From positions 96,001 to 160,000 of IMG/VR virus record IMGVR_UViG_2595698952_000001: DNA of 64,000 bases; one strand, 5' to 3'. The position numbers and the translations under genes were made by a program. The notes under the pieces were generated by a model, which ran no database searches, was not told the origin of the DNA, and saw nothing but the letters and a program-made list of their open reading frames with translations. Shown piece by piece: positions 47,301 through 55,295 of this stretch (positions within the stretch are counted from its first letter, which is position 1; every line of letters begins with the position of its first letter). The stretch is from a virus. Lineage: Duplodnaviria; Caudoviricetes.

Positions 47301-48772
47301 TCAGCTTATACTCACTTAACGCCGTCACCAACGCCATGAAGCTGTGTAAGCAGCACAACGTGCGTTTGGATGCGGAAGAAGAAAGCCCGATTGGTCTGCT
47401 GAATAAAGCAACCGACCAGGCACCCATCTTCAACACCGCAATCACTGACGAGCAGTTCTTCCAGCAGCTGCCCGACATCACCAAAATCAAAACGCCTGCA
47501 CACGGCACCGGTGAAGCGTCTGTGGTGGCTGATACAGCTGCCGGAGCAGAAATGCTGAACGTGGAAGACCACGAACCGACGCTGTTCGAACTGAAGAACA
47601 TGGCTATCCTGCGTTGTAACGGGATGCTGGACTTTGCCCGTAACGTGATTCAGCCGTTCGTGCAAACTGTTATTCAGAACAACCAACCGGTTGACCAGCA
47701 GGAACTGTCGGAAGAGTGGAACCTGGTACCGGTCGGGATGGATGCTGCACTGGAAAGTCCGGTAGTGCAGGCGCTGATTGACGAAATCGAAAACCCGCTG
47801 GGCAACGGCACTACGCACGAAGCGGTCAATGCCAACGTACCGACTAACCTCGAAGTGCCGGAAACCGGTAACAAGATGTTTGACAGTCTGGTGGCCACCC
47901 TGTTGAACGAAACGGGCATGTCCATCGTTGAAGCAGTTCAGGGGATGCTCGAAGGGAACATGCTGTCGCCGGTTTCTGACCAGGCTCCGCACAACCTGAA
48001 AAAGAACATCCTGTTCATGCTGCTGGCGTCGTACTACGTTGAACGTCCGTGGGAAAACTCTAACCTGGGCAGTGGTGAGTGGCGTGCGAAGATGCTGCCG
48101 TTGTACTACTCCAACATTGGTTGGGTGTATGCTTACGCACAGGGTATCGTTGATCGCGTGACCACCGGTAACGTGGTTTACTCCTACGACGGTGCAGACA
48201 AGAAAGTCTACATCTGTCAGGAAGCGTTCAAAGACTACCTGGAAAAAGGTGGGGATGTGGAAGCGCTGTTGGGTGCTATCTACATGCTCGATGACGGCGA
48301 CTCTTCTGTGTCAACCCGTGTACCGGGCCTGCTGGAAAAACAAAACGATTACCGTGCCGCATACGGTCGTCGTAGCGCTATCCAACGTGCGAAGAACGAT
48401 ACCGATTGGTTGACCCGTAACCGTGCATCGCTGAAAACGGCGTTTGCAGTGGCTATCGATACCCTCGACCCGGAAATGCTGTCGCGTGACCATCAGGGTA
48501 ACCTGTGCACGCCAGAGCAGTCGAAAACTGCGGTGTTCTCTGCTATCGACCATCTGTTCGGTAACAGCACCAAGGACATTACCGAGTTCGTGATTCGCAC
48601 AGCATCGGCCGAAGTCTTCGGTGAGTACGACCTATGCAATCTGCTGCTGGATATTCACCGCGGCATGATTGAAAACCGTCAGCCTGACGAAGTGGCTACC
48701 GACTGGATGATTAACTACGTCATCAACTGGGTTGGTGGTGCCATCTGTGTTGACATCCTGAAACGCGCTTAA
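47297..48772 (+). CDS. Putative head/virion protein (phiKZ gp177-like position)
   Basis: 491-aa ORF between the RNAP beta and protease genes (synteny). Confidence 0.65.
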   Translation: MISLYSLNAVTNAMKLCKQHNVRLDAEEESPIGLLNKATDQAPIFNTAITDEQFFQQLPDITKIKTPAHGTGEASVVADTAAGAEMLNVEDHEPTLFELKNMAILRCNGMLDFARNVIQPFVQTVIQNNQPVDQQELSEEWNLVPVGMDAALESPVVQALIDEIENPLGNGTTHEAVNANVPTNLEVPETGNKMFDSLVATLLNETGMSIVEAVQGMLEGNMLSPVSDQAPHNLKKNILFMLLASYYVERPWENSNLGSGEWRAKMLPLYYSNIGWVYAYAQGIVDRVTTGNVVYSYDGADKKVYICQEAFKDYLEKGGDVEALLGAIYMLDDGDSSVSTRVPGLLEKQNDYRAAYGRRSAIQRAKNDTDWLTRNRASLKTAFAVAIDTLDPEMLSRDHQGNLCTPEQSKTAVFSAIDHLFGNSTKDITEFVIRTASAEVFGEYDLCNLLLDIHRGMIENRQPDEVATDWMINYVINWVGGAICVDILKRA

Positions 48773-48783
48773 CCCTGTAGGAG

Positions 48784-49518
48784 GTGATCGTGAGTGCAAT
48801 TGAAACAGCCCGTCGTGACCCAACGAAAATCCATGCGGACTTGGTCAACAACGGCACGGTCACCACTACCAAAGGGGGATGTTACATTTACATCCCTGTT
48901 GGGTTTGTGGCGAAAGAGTTGGCGGTGGTGTCTTCGACGGTAACGATTATCGGCTTGTTTGCGATTTCGACCGACCGGAGAACCTACGGGGTATCGAGCG
49001 TTACGACGTTCATCGAGATTACCCCGTCGGCGTTTGAAGAAATCGATGTCCACGGTGTTCCGTATTACGAATTCCGTTTTGACCCTGGTACGGTTGTTTT
49101 CCCCAACCGCATGTTGCAGGTGCTGCCAAGCCCTGTGTATAACATCGCGTCGTACGAGTACGACTTTGGTAACCGTCCCTTCTGGACGACGTCTGATGAC
49201 GATGCTGAGTTACTGGCACCGGATAAGACTAAGAAGTGGAACGGTTTTACCGTGTTCGCTGACCAAATCACAGCGGACTGTTATGCTGCGCACACACAGC
49301 GCAAAGTTGGCGACCCACGAACGTATTTCCGGGACACATTGAAAAAGGACAGCGATTTGAGTAACACGGTGCAGTTCATTCCATTGCGCAGTGGCTCACT
49401 CAACAAAACGTCGCGCTTGGCGAAACTGGCTGACGTGGAACTGAAACAAGGTATCCGTTCTGCGTTGCAAGTTGACCCGGTACGTGCCGAACCGCTCGAG
49501 GATTTGTTTATGCGTTAA
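48784..49518 (+). CDS. Putative fifth virion RNAP subunit (beta' C-terminal, phiKZ gp176-like)
   Basis: 244 aa, AGGAGG RBS; immediately upstream of the protease; C-terminal LRSGSLNKTSRLAKL...QGIRSAL...EPLE resembles the RpoC terminal region. Confidence 0.55.
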   Translation: MIVSAIETARRDPTKIHADLVNNGTVTTTKGGCYIYIPVGFVAKELAVVSSTVTIIGLFAISTDRRTYGVSSVTTFIEITPSAFEEIDVHGVPYYEFRFDPGTVVFPNRMLQVLPSPVYNIASYEYDFGNRPFWTTSDDDAELLAPDKTKKWNGFTVFADQITADCYAAHTQRKVGDPRTYFRDTLKKDSDLSNTVQFIPLRSGSLNKTSRLAKLADVELKQGIRSALQVDPVRAEPLEDLFMR

Positions 49519-49573
49519 CTGGTGCTGCGCCTTCGGGCGCAGACTGGTCTGAAAAAAGAAACTGGGGAAAACA

Positions 49574-50377
49574 ATGGAAAACATGTCACTACGCTATAAC
49601 TGCGTGGCGCTGGCTGGGGTCAATAAAGGGGCAACGCTCAAAAAAGATGCTGACGGGTATTACTACGTCCTTTTAGGCGCACTGAATATTTTCAACTCTG
49701 AGAATATCTATTACGCTTACAACGAATCGAAGCATGTCTTCGAACGTTCTAACATCTTCATGCGCAAAGTGCAGGCGGGGAATCTCTTCGGTGAAGAAGA
49801 CCACCCTCCGTACGAGCAGGGTATGTCCGAAGCCCAGTGGATTGAGCGCAACGAATGGATTGAGACGAAAAACGTCTGTATGCACATTCGTGAAGTCGAA
49901 GTGAAACCAACAGACCAGGTATGTAACGGTCTGCCGGTAATGGAAATCTGGGGCTGGGTCAAGCCGAACCGTGAACGCGGTCCGCTGTTGGCAGAAGCGC
50001 TGGAGAATCCACATCAGAACGTGTGCTTCTCGCTGCGTGCTATCGTGCGTGAAGGCCGCATTGGTGGGCAAGTGGTACGCCGTATCGATAAGATGGTCAC
50101 CTTTGACTGGGTTATCGAAGACGGTTTGCAGATCTGCAACAAATACTCCGCGATTCAGCGTGGCAGTAAAGTCGCGCAAGAATCTACCCGTACGTACGTT
50201 GACCGTCCGATCAGCATGGAAGTGCTGGAAGACATCATCTACAACCCGCAAGCGTCTTCTACGGTTGCTACGGAGTCTCGTCGTGGAGCACTGCGTGGTA
50301 TTGCCCAGGAATATTTAGCGCTTAATCCTCGCCGGTCTAACCTGCGTGTGATGGGTATGGGTAAAGGAAGCTGGTAA
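49574..50377 (+). CDS. Prohead protease (phiKZ gp175-like)
   Basis: LFGEEDHP (His), FSLRA (Ser), TFDWV (Asp); C-terminal AQE/ATE candidate self-cleavage sites. Confidence 0.85.
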   Translation: MENMSLRYNCVALAGVNKGATLKKDADGYYYVLLGALNIFNSENIYYAYNESKHVFERSNIFMRKVQAGNLFGEEDHPPYEQGMSEAQWIERNEWIETKNVCMHIREVEVKPTDQVCNGLPVMEIWGWVKPNRERGPLLAEALENPHQNVCFSLRAIVREGRIGGQVVRRIDKMVTFDWVIEDGLQICNKYSAIQRGSKVAQESTRTYVDRPISMEVLEDIIYNPQASSTVATESRRGALRGIAQEYLALNPRRSNLRVMGMGKGSW

Positions 50378-50378
50378 A

Positions 50379-51008
50379 ATGAGCGAAGCCATCGACCCCT
50401 CTTTAGAACGTTGGCGGGAACAACAAATGCCGAGCGTGGCCAAAAAGCTGACGCTTCGACAATTGTCAAATCCGCCGTTACATCTAAGCAAGTGTAAGAT
50501 TCCGGTGTTCTCACCGCGTATCCCACTTTCCGTTGCGCGTGATGAAGACATGACTGTGCCGCGTATTTGCTGCTCAGTTGATCTCAGTCGCTGTATTCAC
50601 GGTGTGCGTCACATCTATTCCACAATAGAGATACCCACCCGTTTGTACTTGTACGGCTTCGAAGAACGCGCGGTCGCACAACCGTCCGTGGATTTGACTT
50701 GCGAACCCAACCGGGCAGGCGAAGTGTGGATTGTTCCGCACCGCATGTCTAACTGGGACATCAAACCGACTCTGCTCGGGGAGCTGCGCCTGTCAAGCCT
50801 CGGTGCCGGTGGGCATCAGTTCACGTACCAGATGTGTTTCGGACAGGATGTTCGTTTGTCGTCCGACCAACTCTTAAAGGCGGATACCTTCTATGAAGTC
50901 AAAGTAACCGTTAACTGGGAGAAGGAAACGATTAAGGTTAGTGACGCCAAACAAGTCGATCGCAGTAAATTCGACATCGCCATCAACGAGTATTCTGTCA
51001 CCCCGTGA
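50379..51008 (+). CDS. Conserved hypothetical protein
   Basis: 209 aa; FSPRIP...EDMTVPRICCS...GEVWIV motif recurrent in phage proteins. Confidence 0.7.
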   Translation: MSEAIDPSLERWREQQMPSVAKKLTLRQLSNPPLHLSKCKIPVFSPRIPLSVARDEDMTVPRICCSVDLSRCIHGVRHIYSTIEIPTRLYLYGFEERAVAQPSVDLTCEPNRAGEVWIVPHRMSNWDIKPTLLGELRLSSLGAGGHQFTYQMCFGQDVRLSSDQLLKADTFYEVKVTVNWEKETIKVSDAKQVDRSKFDIAINEYSVTP

Positions 51009-51060
51009 TCCGGCAAGTTCGTGGTCTGCAACTACCACTTACCGTACCCAGGGGGAACGC

Positions 51061-51360
51061 ATGAAAGTCGTTAACATCGCAATACCCTCGACGCTGCAAA
51101 CGTTGACACCTGATGAGCTGAAGGCTCTGGCCATTTACGCTATTCAGGAACGCTGTGGTCGAGAAGTGTTAGCTGAGATTCTCAGTTCGCGCTTTGACAC
51201 CAAACGTAAAATCAATAACATTGTCGCGGGCATTGCCCAACAAGACATCGCACAATTTTATTGCGATATTCGAGATGCAGGGGTGGCTATCGATTTTACC
51301 CGCACTTACTTTTTGCTCGCTGAACCTTACCGCACCAACGTGTCAATTAAGCAGTTGTAG
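51061..51360 (+). CDS. Hypothetical protein
   Basis: GGGGGA RBS before ATG 51061. Confidence 0.6.
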   Translation: MKVVNIAIPSTLQTLTPDELKALAIYAIQERCGREVLAEILSSRFDTKRKINNIVAGIAQQDIAQFYCDIRDAGVAIDFTRTYFLLAEPYRTNVSIKQL

Positions 51361-51418
51361 TTTTTTTACGGATGCGGTAGTTCATGTGTTGGGGATACAC
51401 TTTTAAAGGAAGAGAGCA

Positions 51419-51967
51419 ATGTTTTATTTGGATAGCGATGGGTTATTTGCGCGTTGGCGTACCTACGTATTATCCACACATTTTCCGGGAATGACGATTA
51501 AGGAGTTCAATGCTTTACCCGAACTGCGTCGTCGGAGTCTGACACGCGAGATGTATCAGCGTGACCCAGATTTGTTTTACAAGCTACCGCCGATTCCCGA
51601 AGCGGCAGGCATTCTTGAAACGCTGGAAAAGTTGTGTGATTCGTGGGCAATACTGACGTCTGGTTCGGAAGATCACTTTGATCACCGACTGGTTATTGAA
51701 TCAAAACAGAGGTGGTTCTTAAAACACTTCGGGATTCCGTCAGATAAAGTCATCGTCACTGAAAACTCTGGGCAGAAAGCAGCTTACGCCTCACGGGGGA
51801 ATTTGCTTGTCGACGATTATGGTCGGAACTGTCGTGAATGGGTGTTGCAGGGTGGGGGCGCGATTTGGGTACGTACAGAACAGCCTAACATCAAGGGCAT
51901 CTGTAATCAGTGCGAAGCGTTCTACGAAGACCCGGTTAATTTGTCGGGGACTCTGTTACAAGTTTAA
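51419..51967 (+). CDS. HAD-family 5'(3')-deoxyribonucleotidase-like
   Basis: YLDSDG (DxD), FYKLPP, ILTS, K..W, LLVDD..N..EW...GG. Confidence 0.8.
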   Translation: MFYLDSDGLFARWRTYVLSTHFPGMTIKEFNALPELRRRSLTREMYQRDPDLFYKLPPIPEAAGILETLEKLCDSWAILTSGSEDHFDHRLVIESKQRWFLKHFGIPSDKVIVTENSGQKAAYASRGNLLVDDYGRNCREWVLQGGGAIWVRTEQPNIKGICNQCEAFYEDPVNLSGTLLQV

Positions 51968-51972
51968 TACTT

Positions 51973-52012
51973 AGGTAGTCCTTTCACCCGAGAGGACTAC
52001 CTGTTTTATTTT
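51973..52012 (+). terminator. Rho-independent terminator
   Basis: AGGTAGTCCTTTC-accc-GAGAGGACTACCT followed by GTTTTATTTT. Confidence 0.8.
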
Positions 52013-52101
52013 AAGTGCATTCGAAAAACTTATAGATATATTTTACTTAGGTGAGATTACATTCCTAATCTTTTCGACCATTAACCTCAAGGAGCTTTAT
52101 C

Positions 52102-52497
52102 ATGCAAGTCCACCCTAACATTGTTAAGCAGTGCGAAGACCCGTTTACCATGATGCTGGTTGCCAGCAAATGTCAGGATAAAAACTTCGAGGAGTTTATG
52201 AATAATCCTGCCGCCGTGCAAGCATCGGTACTGCACCATCTCGAGCGTATCGAAACCGGGAAGATGGTAAAAGACGTCGGTGAAGAACCGTTCGTCGTCA
52301 AAATGATTAACCACATCGCGTCGCCGGAGTTTCGGGCGATTCGATTAGAACGTGACGGTATGCCAAATAAGATTCGTGACCTGTTCACACGTATTCTTAA
52401 CGACCGCCAGTTCAAACACGTTATGGACCGCGAGCCTGACGTTTACGAAGACATCAAACGCCACATGGAAGAAACCATGTACGTCTTCACTCACTAA
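52102..52497 (+). CDS. Hypothetical protein
   Basis: 131 aa, AAGGAG RBS; an early-promoter-like AT-rich motif lies at about 52030-52047. Confidence 0.75.
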   Translation: MQVHPNIVKQCEDPFTMMLVASKCQDKNFEEFMNNPAAVQASVLHHLERIETGKMVKDVGEEPFVVKMINHIASPEFRAIRLERDGMPNKIRDLFTRILNDRQFKHVMDREPDVYEDIKRHMEETMYVFTH

Positions 52498-52536
52498 GCC
52501 ATTCAATCCGACCATTACCTTTAGGAAATAGAAACT

Positions 52537-53208
52537 ATGCAAGGCGCAGAACTGAACACCATGTGGGAAAAACTGTTACGTCAATTCCGTGACTTCTATC
52601 TGTACACTGATAACGCTCACCGTATCGACCACATCCAGGCAGTGAAATCCAATGCTGTTCGTATCGCACACCTGTTAGGTGAAACTGAACATTTGAAGTT
52701 GGCGTTTATTGCGATTGCTGCACACGACATCTTCTCCACCAAAGATGACCGGGCTGCGCACCACATCAAAGGCTACAATTGGATACTGGACAACAAACCG
52801 GTACTCAAGCGCAAGTACAAGCTGAGCGATGACGATTGTCTGGTTATCGCCCACGCCGTGTTAGAACACCGTAGCTCCCACAAAGGGAACTACAACGGTA
52901 TCGTTTCCGAGATTGTGGCCGCAGCTGACCGCGGCATTCCGTCGGTTGACGATGTCACCAATTACGCTTACCGTTCTTACTTGTATGCACGCGACCACGG
53001 CAAAAGCGTCACGGATGCGAAGTTCCATGCGGTACGCCACATCAAAGAGAAGTTTGGTAAGGATGGCACATCTAAAGTGCCGGAGTGGTACGGTACTCTG
53101 TTTGCAGAGAAACTGTTAATCCGGTTAGACTACGTAGAGCAACTCGACATCGATTGCTTTACACCTGAAATCACCGATGAGCTTGAAGCTCGTTTACAAC
53201 CCAAGTAA
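52537..53208 (+). CDS. HD-domain phosphohydrolase
   Basis: AHRIDH, AAHDI, HH, LEHR, AAADR. Confidence 0.85.
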   Translation: MQGAELNTMWEKLLRQFRDFYLYTDNAHRIDHIQAVKSNAVRIAHLLGETEHLKLAFIAIAAHDIFSTKDDRAAHHIKGYNWILDNKPVLKRKYKLSDDDCLVIAHAVLEHRSSHKGNYNGIVSEIVAAADRGIPSVDDVTNYAYRSYLYARDHGKSVTDAKFHAVRHIKEKFGKDGTSKVPEWYGTLFAEKLLIRLDYVEQLDIDCFTPEITDELEARLQPK

Positions 53209-53224
53209 CCTGAAGGATAATGCA

Positions 53225-53710
53225 ATGACTGTTAAAGTAACCTCAATCAAAGAACTGAACTCCATCATCGAAAGCATCGACGGCCCAACCGTGGTACTGA
53301 ACGAAGACCTGTCGCTCAAAGCTGAGCCGCTCATGGACATCTACGTCGATACCCTCCCGGTGGTGAAGGTCGGTGAGACTGATTATCGCTTTACGCTGGA
53401 CGACGCCAATGCGCTGCGTCAGCATGACGCAAACTTCCTCGAAGCGTTCGGCGGTATCGCCAGCGGTGTGATCGTTGACCGTGCGAAAGCCGACAGCGAC
53501 ATCGGCGCACTCGACCTGAAACTGGACATCGGTAACGCGTCCTTCTCAACCGTGTTCGCTCGCCCAACCGGTGATGAGCCAACCAAGAAAGAGTGGGAAG
53601 CCTCCATCGGCTTCGGCTATGGTGTGCCGAAGTCTAAAGCGCTGGAAGGCAAACTGCGTAAAGGCTTCGCGGCCGCCATGATGGCAAGCGATGAGGAAGA
53701 CGAAGAGTAA
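53225..53710 (+). CDS. Hypothetical protein with acidic C-terminal tail
   Basis: AAGGA RBS; ends SDEEDEE. Confidence 0.75.
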   Translation: MTVKVTSIKELNSIIESIDGPTVVLNEDLSLKAEPLMDIYVDTLPVVKVGETDYRFTLDDANALRQHDANFLEAFGGIASGVIVDRAKADSDIGALDLKLDIGNASFSTVFARPTGDEPTKKEWEASIGFGYGVPKSKALEGKLRKGFAAAMMASDEEDEE

Positions 53711-53731
53711 TCTTCGTTTCCTTAACAAATT

Positions 53732-53761
53732 GAGATGGTCTTATGACCATCTCTTTTTTTT
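53732..53761 (+). terminator. Rho-independent terminator
   Basis: GAGATGGTC-TTAT-GACCATCTC followed by T8. Confidence 0.85.
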
Positions 53762-53777
53762 GATCCTGGAGTAAAGA

Positions 53778-54365
53778 ATGCCTAGAGAAGAACTCTTTAG
53801 CGGCGGAGCACTCAGTGCACGGGAAGCCCCCGAGCGCACCACCATGCGCAGTGCCATGAACCGCGATGAGGTTATCCAGCGTCTGAACCAAATCGGTGAC
53901 GTGTTTACCCTCTCCCTGCGTACCGTAACCGATGACACGGCGTTTGAGAATACCGCAGGGTTTGCTGCGGAGATGATTCCCCACACCGTCAACGGCTACC
54001 AACGTTTCTTAGACGACATCACTAAGTCTGCGGCAGGACGTGTGATTGCCGGTTTCGTGATTCGCTTTAAGCAGCTGTTGTTGATTGAGTTCGGCGAGTA
54101 TGTGATTGCTTCGCTGGAAAATGAACTGGTGACGCTGTCGCCTAACGACATCATTGCTGCTGAGAAAGGCGAAGGCCACAACGAAACCACGCTGTGGAAA
54201 ATCGCGCACCCAGACAATCCCGATCTCGCACCCCCGTCTGAATACGACCTGCTGACCTCTTTCCTGCTCCTGATGCAGATGAAGAACCTCATCATCCGGG
54301 CCGGTGCCCAACAGCAGATGCAGCAAGATGAAAAAGACGCTGCGCACCAAGGGCGAAAAAAATAA
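53778..54365 (+). CDS. Hypothetical protein (conserved next to the tail tube gene)
   Basis: 195 aa, GGAG RBS. Confidence 0.7.
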   Translation: MPREELFSGGALSAREAPERTTMRSAMNRDEVIQRLNQIGDVFTLSLRTVTDDTAFENTAGFAAEMIPHTVNGYQRFLDDITKSAAGRVIAGFVIRFKQLLLIEFGEYVIASLENELVTLSPNDIIAAEKGEGHNETTLWKIAHPDNPDLAPPSEYDLLTSFLLLMQMKNLIIRAGAQQQMQQDEKDAAHQGRKK

Positions 54366-54371
54366 AACGTA

Positions 54372-54411
54372 CCTCACTCCCGCAAAGGAGTGAGGCGCGC
54401 TTCTTTTTTTT
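54372..54411. terminator. Bidirectional terminator
   Basis: CCTCACTCC-cgcaaa-GGAGTGAGG with flanking A/T tracts between convergent genes. Confidence 0.75.
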
Positions 54412-54413
54412 GC

Positions 54414-55292
54414 TTAGCCGCGGAGCTGCTGAGCCATCTGCTCGTCAGAGACAGAACGGTAACCGCCCGCCGTCGCATCGACGTCAGGGTTGATACCATC
54501 AGTCTGCTGAGACGGAGTCAGCCACAGTTTACGCTCGTATGGACGCAGACCGTACAGCTTCATGCGTTCCAGTTCCTTCTGAGCTGCCTGCATCGGGCCC
54601 CAACCTGTCCATTGCTGGGAGGTAAAGGTGATGGACAGTTCGTTGGTCTGAGGACCGGTGTTCGGATCACGTTCACCGATGTCCTGACCAGAAGTTTCTG
54701 GAGACATATTGGTCAGCCACCAGGCGTTCTGTGCTTTACGCTGATACGCATCTGGTTCGAAGTACAGCACAGTCATGCTGTACATGTCCGGCAGGTGGTC
54801 TGGCACGTTCGGGTTGATTGCCGCAAGACCTGGGTGACCAGTTTGCGGGTCACAGACCCCGTACACGAGCCACGCCCAAAGCATGTTCTGATACACCTTG
54901 CCGAGTTTATCCGGCGTAGTGTGCGTTACGGAAGACAGTGCTTCGGTAACCAGACCAGCTTCATACTGCACGCGGTTGTTACGACCCTGTTGGGTCTGCA
55001 CGTACTCTGCGCTCAGGGTTTTATCCAAACCAGTAATCGTGGAGTGAACCTCGATGAAAGATTTGATAGCCTGACGCCACAGCTGCGGGTTCGGCATGTA
55101 ATCCACCCAACGAGGGAATTCCATGACACGCGCAATGACGTTACGACGCAGACGACTGGCGTTCGTAACGAATTTACCAACCTGTCCAACCGGGCCTTGT
55201 TGGCCCGAGGAGAACGGATTGACCATGTCGTACGAACCACCGTCGACGTGCAGGCCCTGATCAGGCAGAATCAAACGTTCTTTGATAGCCAT
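54414..55292 (-). CDS. Tail tube protein (phiKZ gp30-like)
   Basis: 292 aa directly downstream of the sheath gene; GQQG, ITGLDKTL, YFEPD..RKA..AWWLTNM.P motifs. Confidence 0.8.
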   Translation of the reverse strand: MAIKERLILPDQGLHVDGGSYDMVNPFSSGQQGPVGQVGKFVTNASRLRRNVIARVMEFPRWVDYMPNPQLWRQAIKSFIEVHSTITGLDKTLSAEYVQTQQGRNNRVQYEAGLVTEALSSVTHTTPDKLGKVYQNMLWAWLVYGVCDPQTGHPGLAAINPNVPDHLPDMYSMTVLYFEPDAYQRKAQNAWWLTNMSPETSGQDIGERDPNTGPQTNELSITFTSQQWTGWGPMQAAQKELERMKLYGLRPYERKLWLTPSQQTDGINPDVDATAGGYRSVSDEQMAQQLRG

Positions 55293-55295
55293 CTA

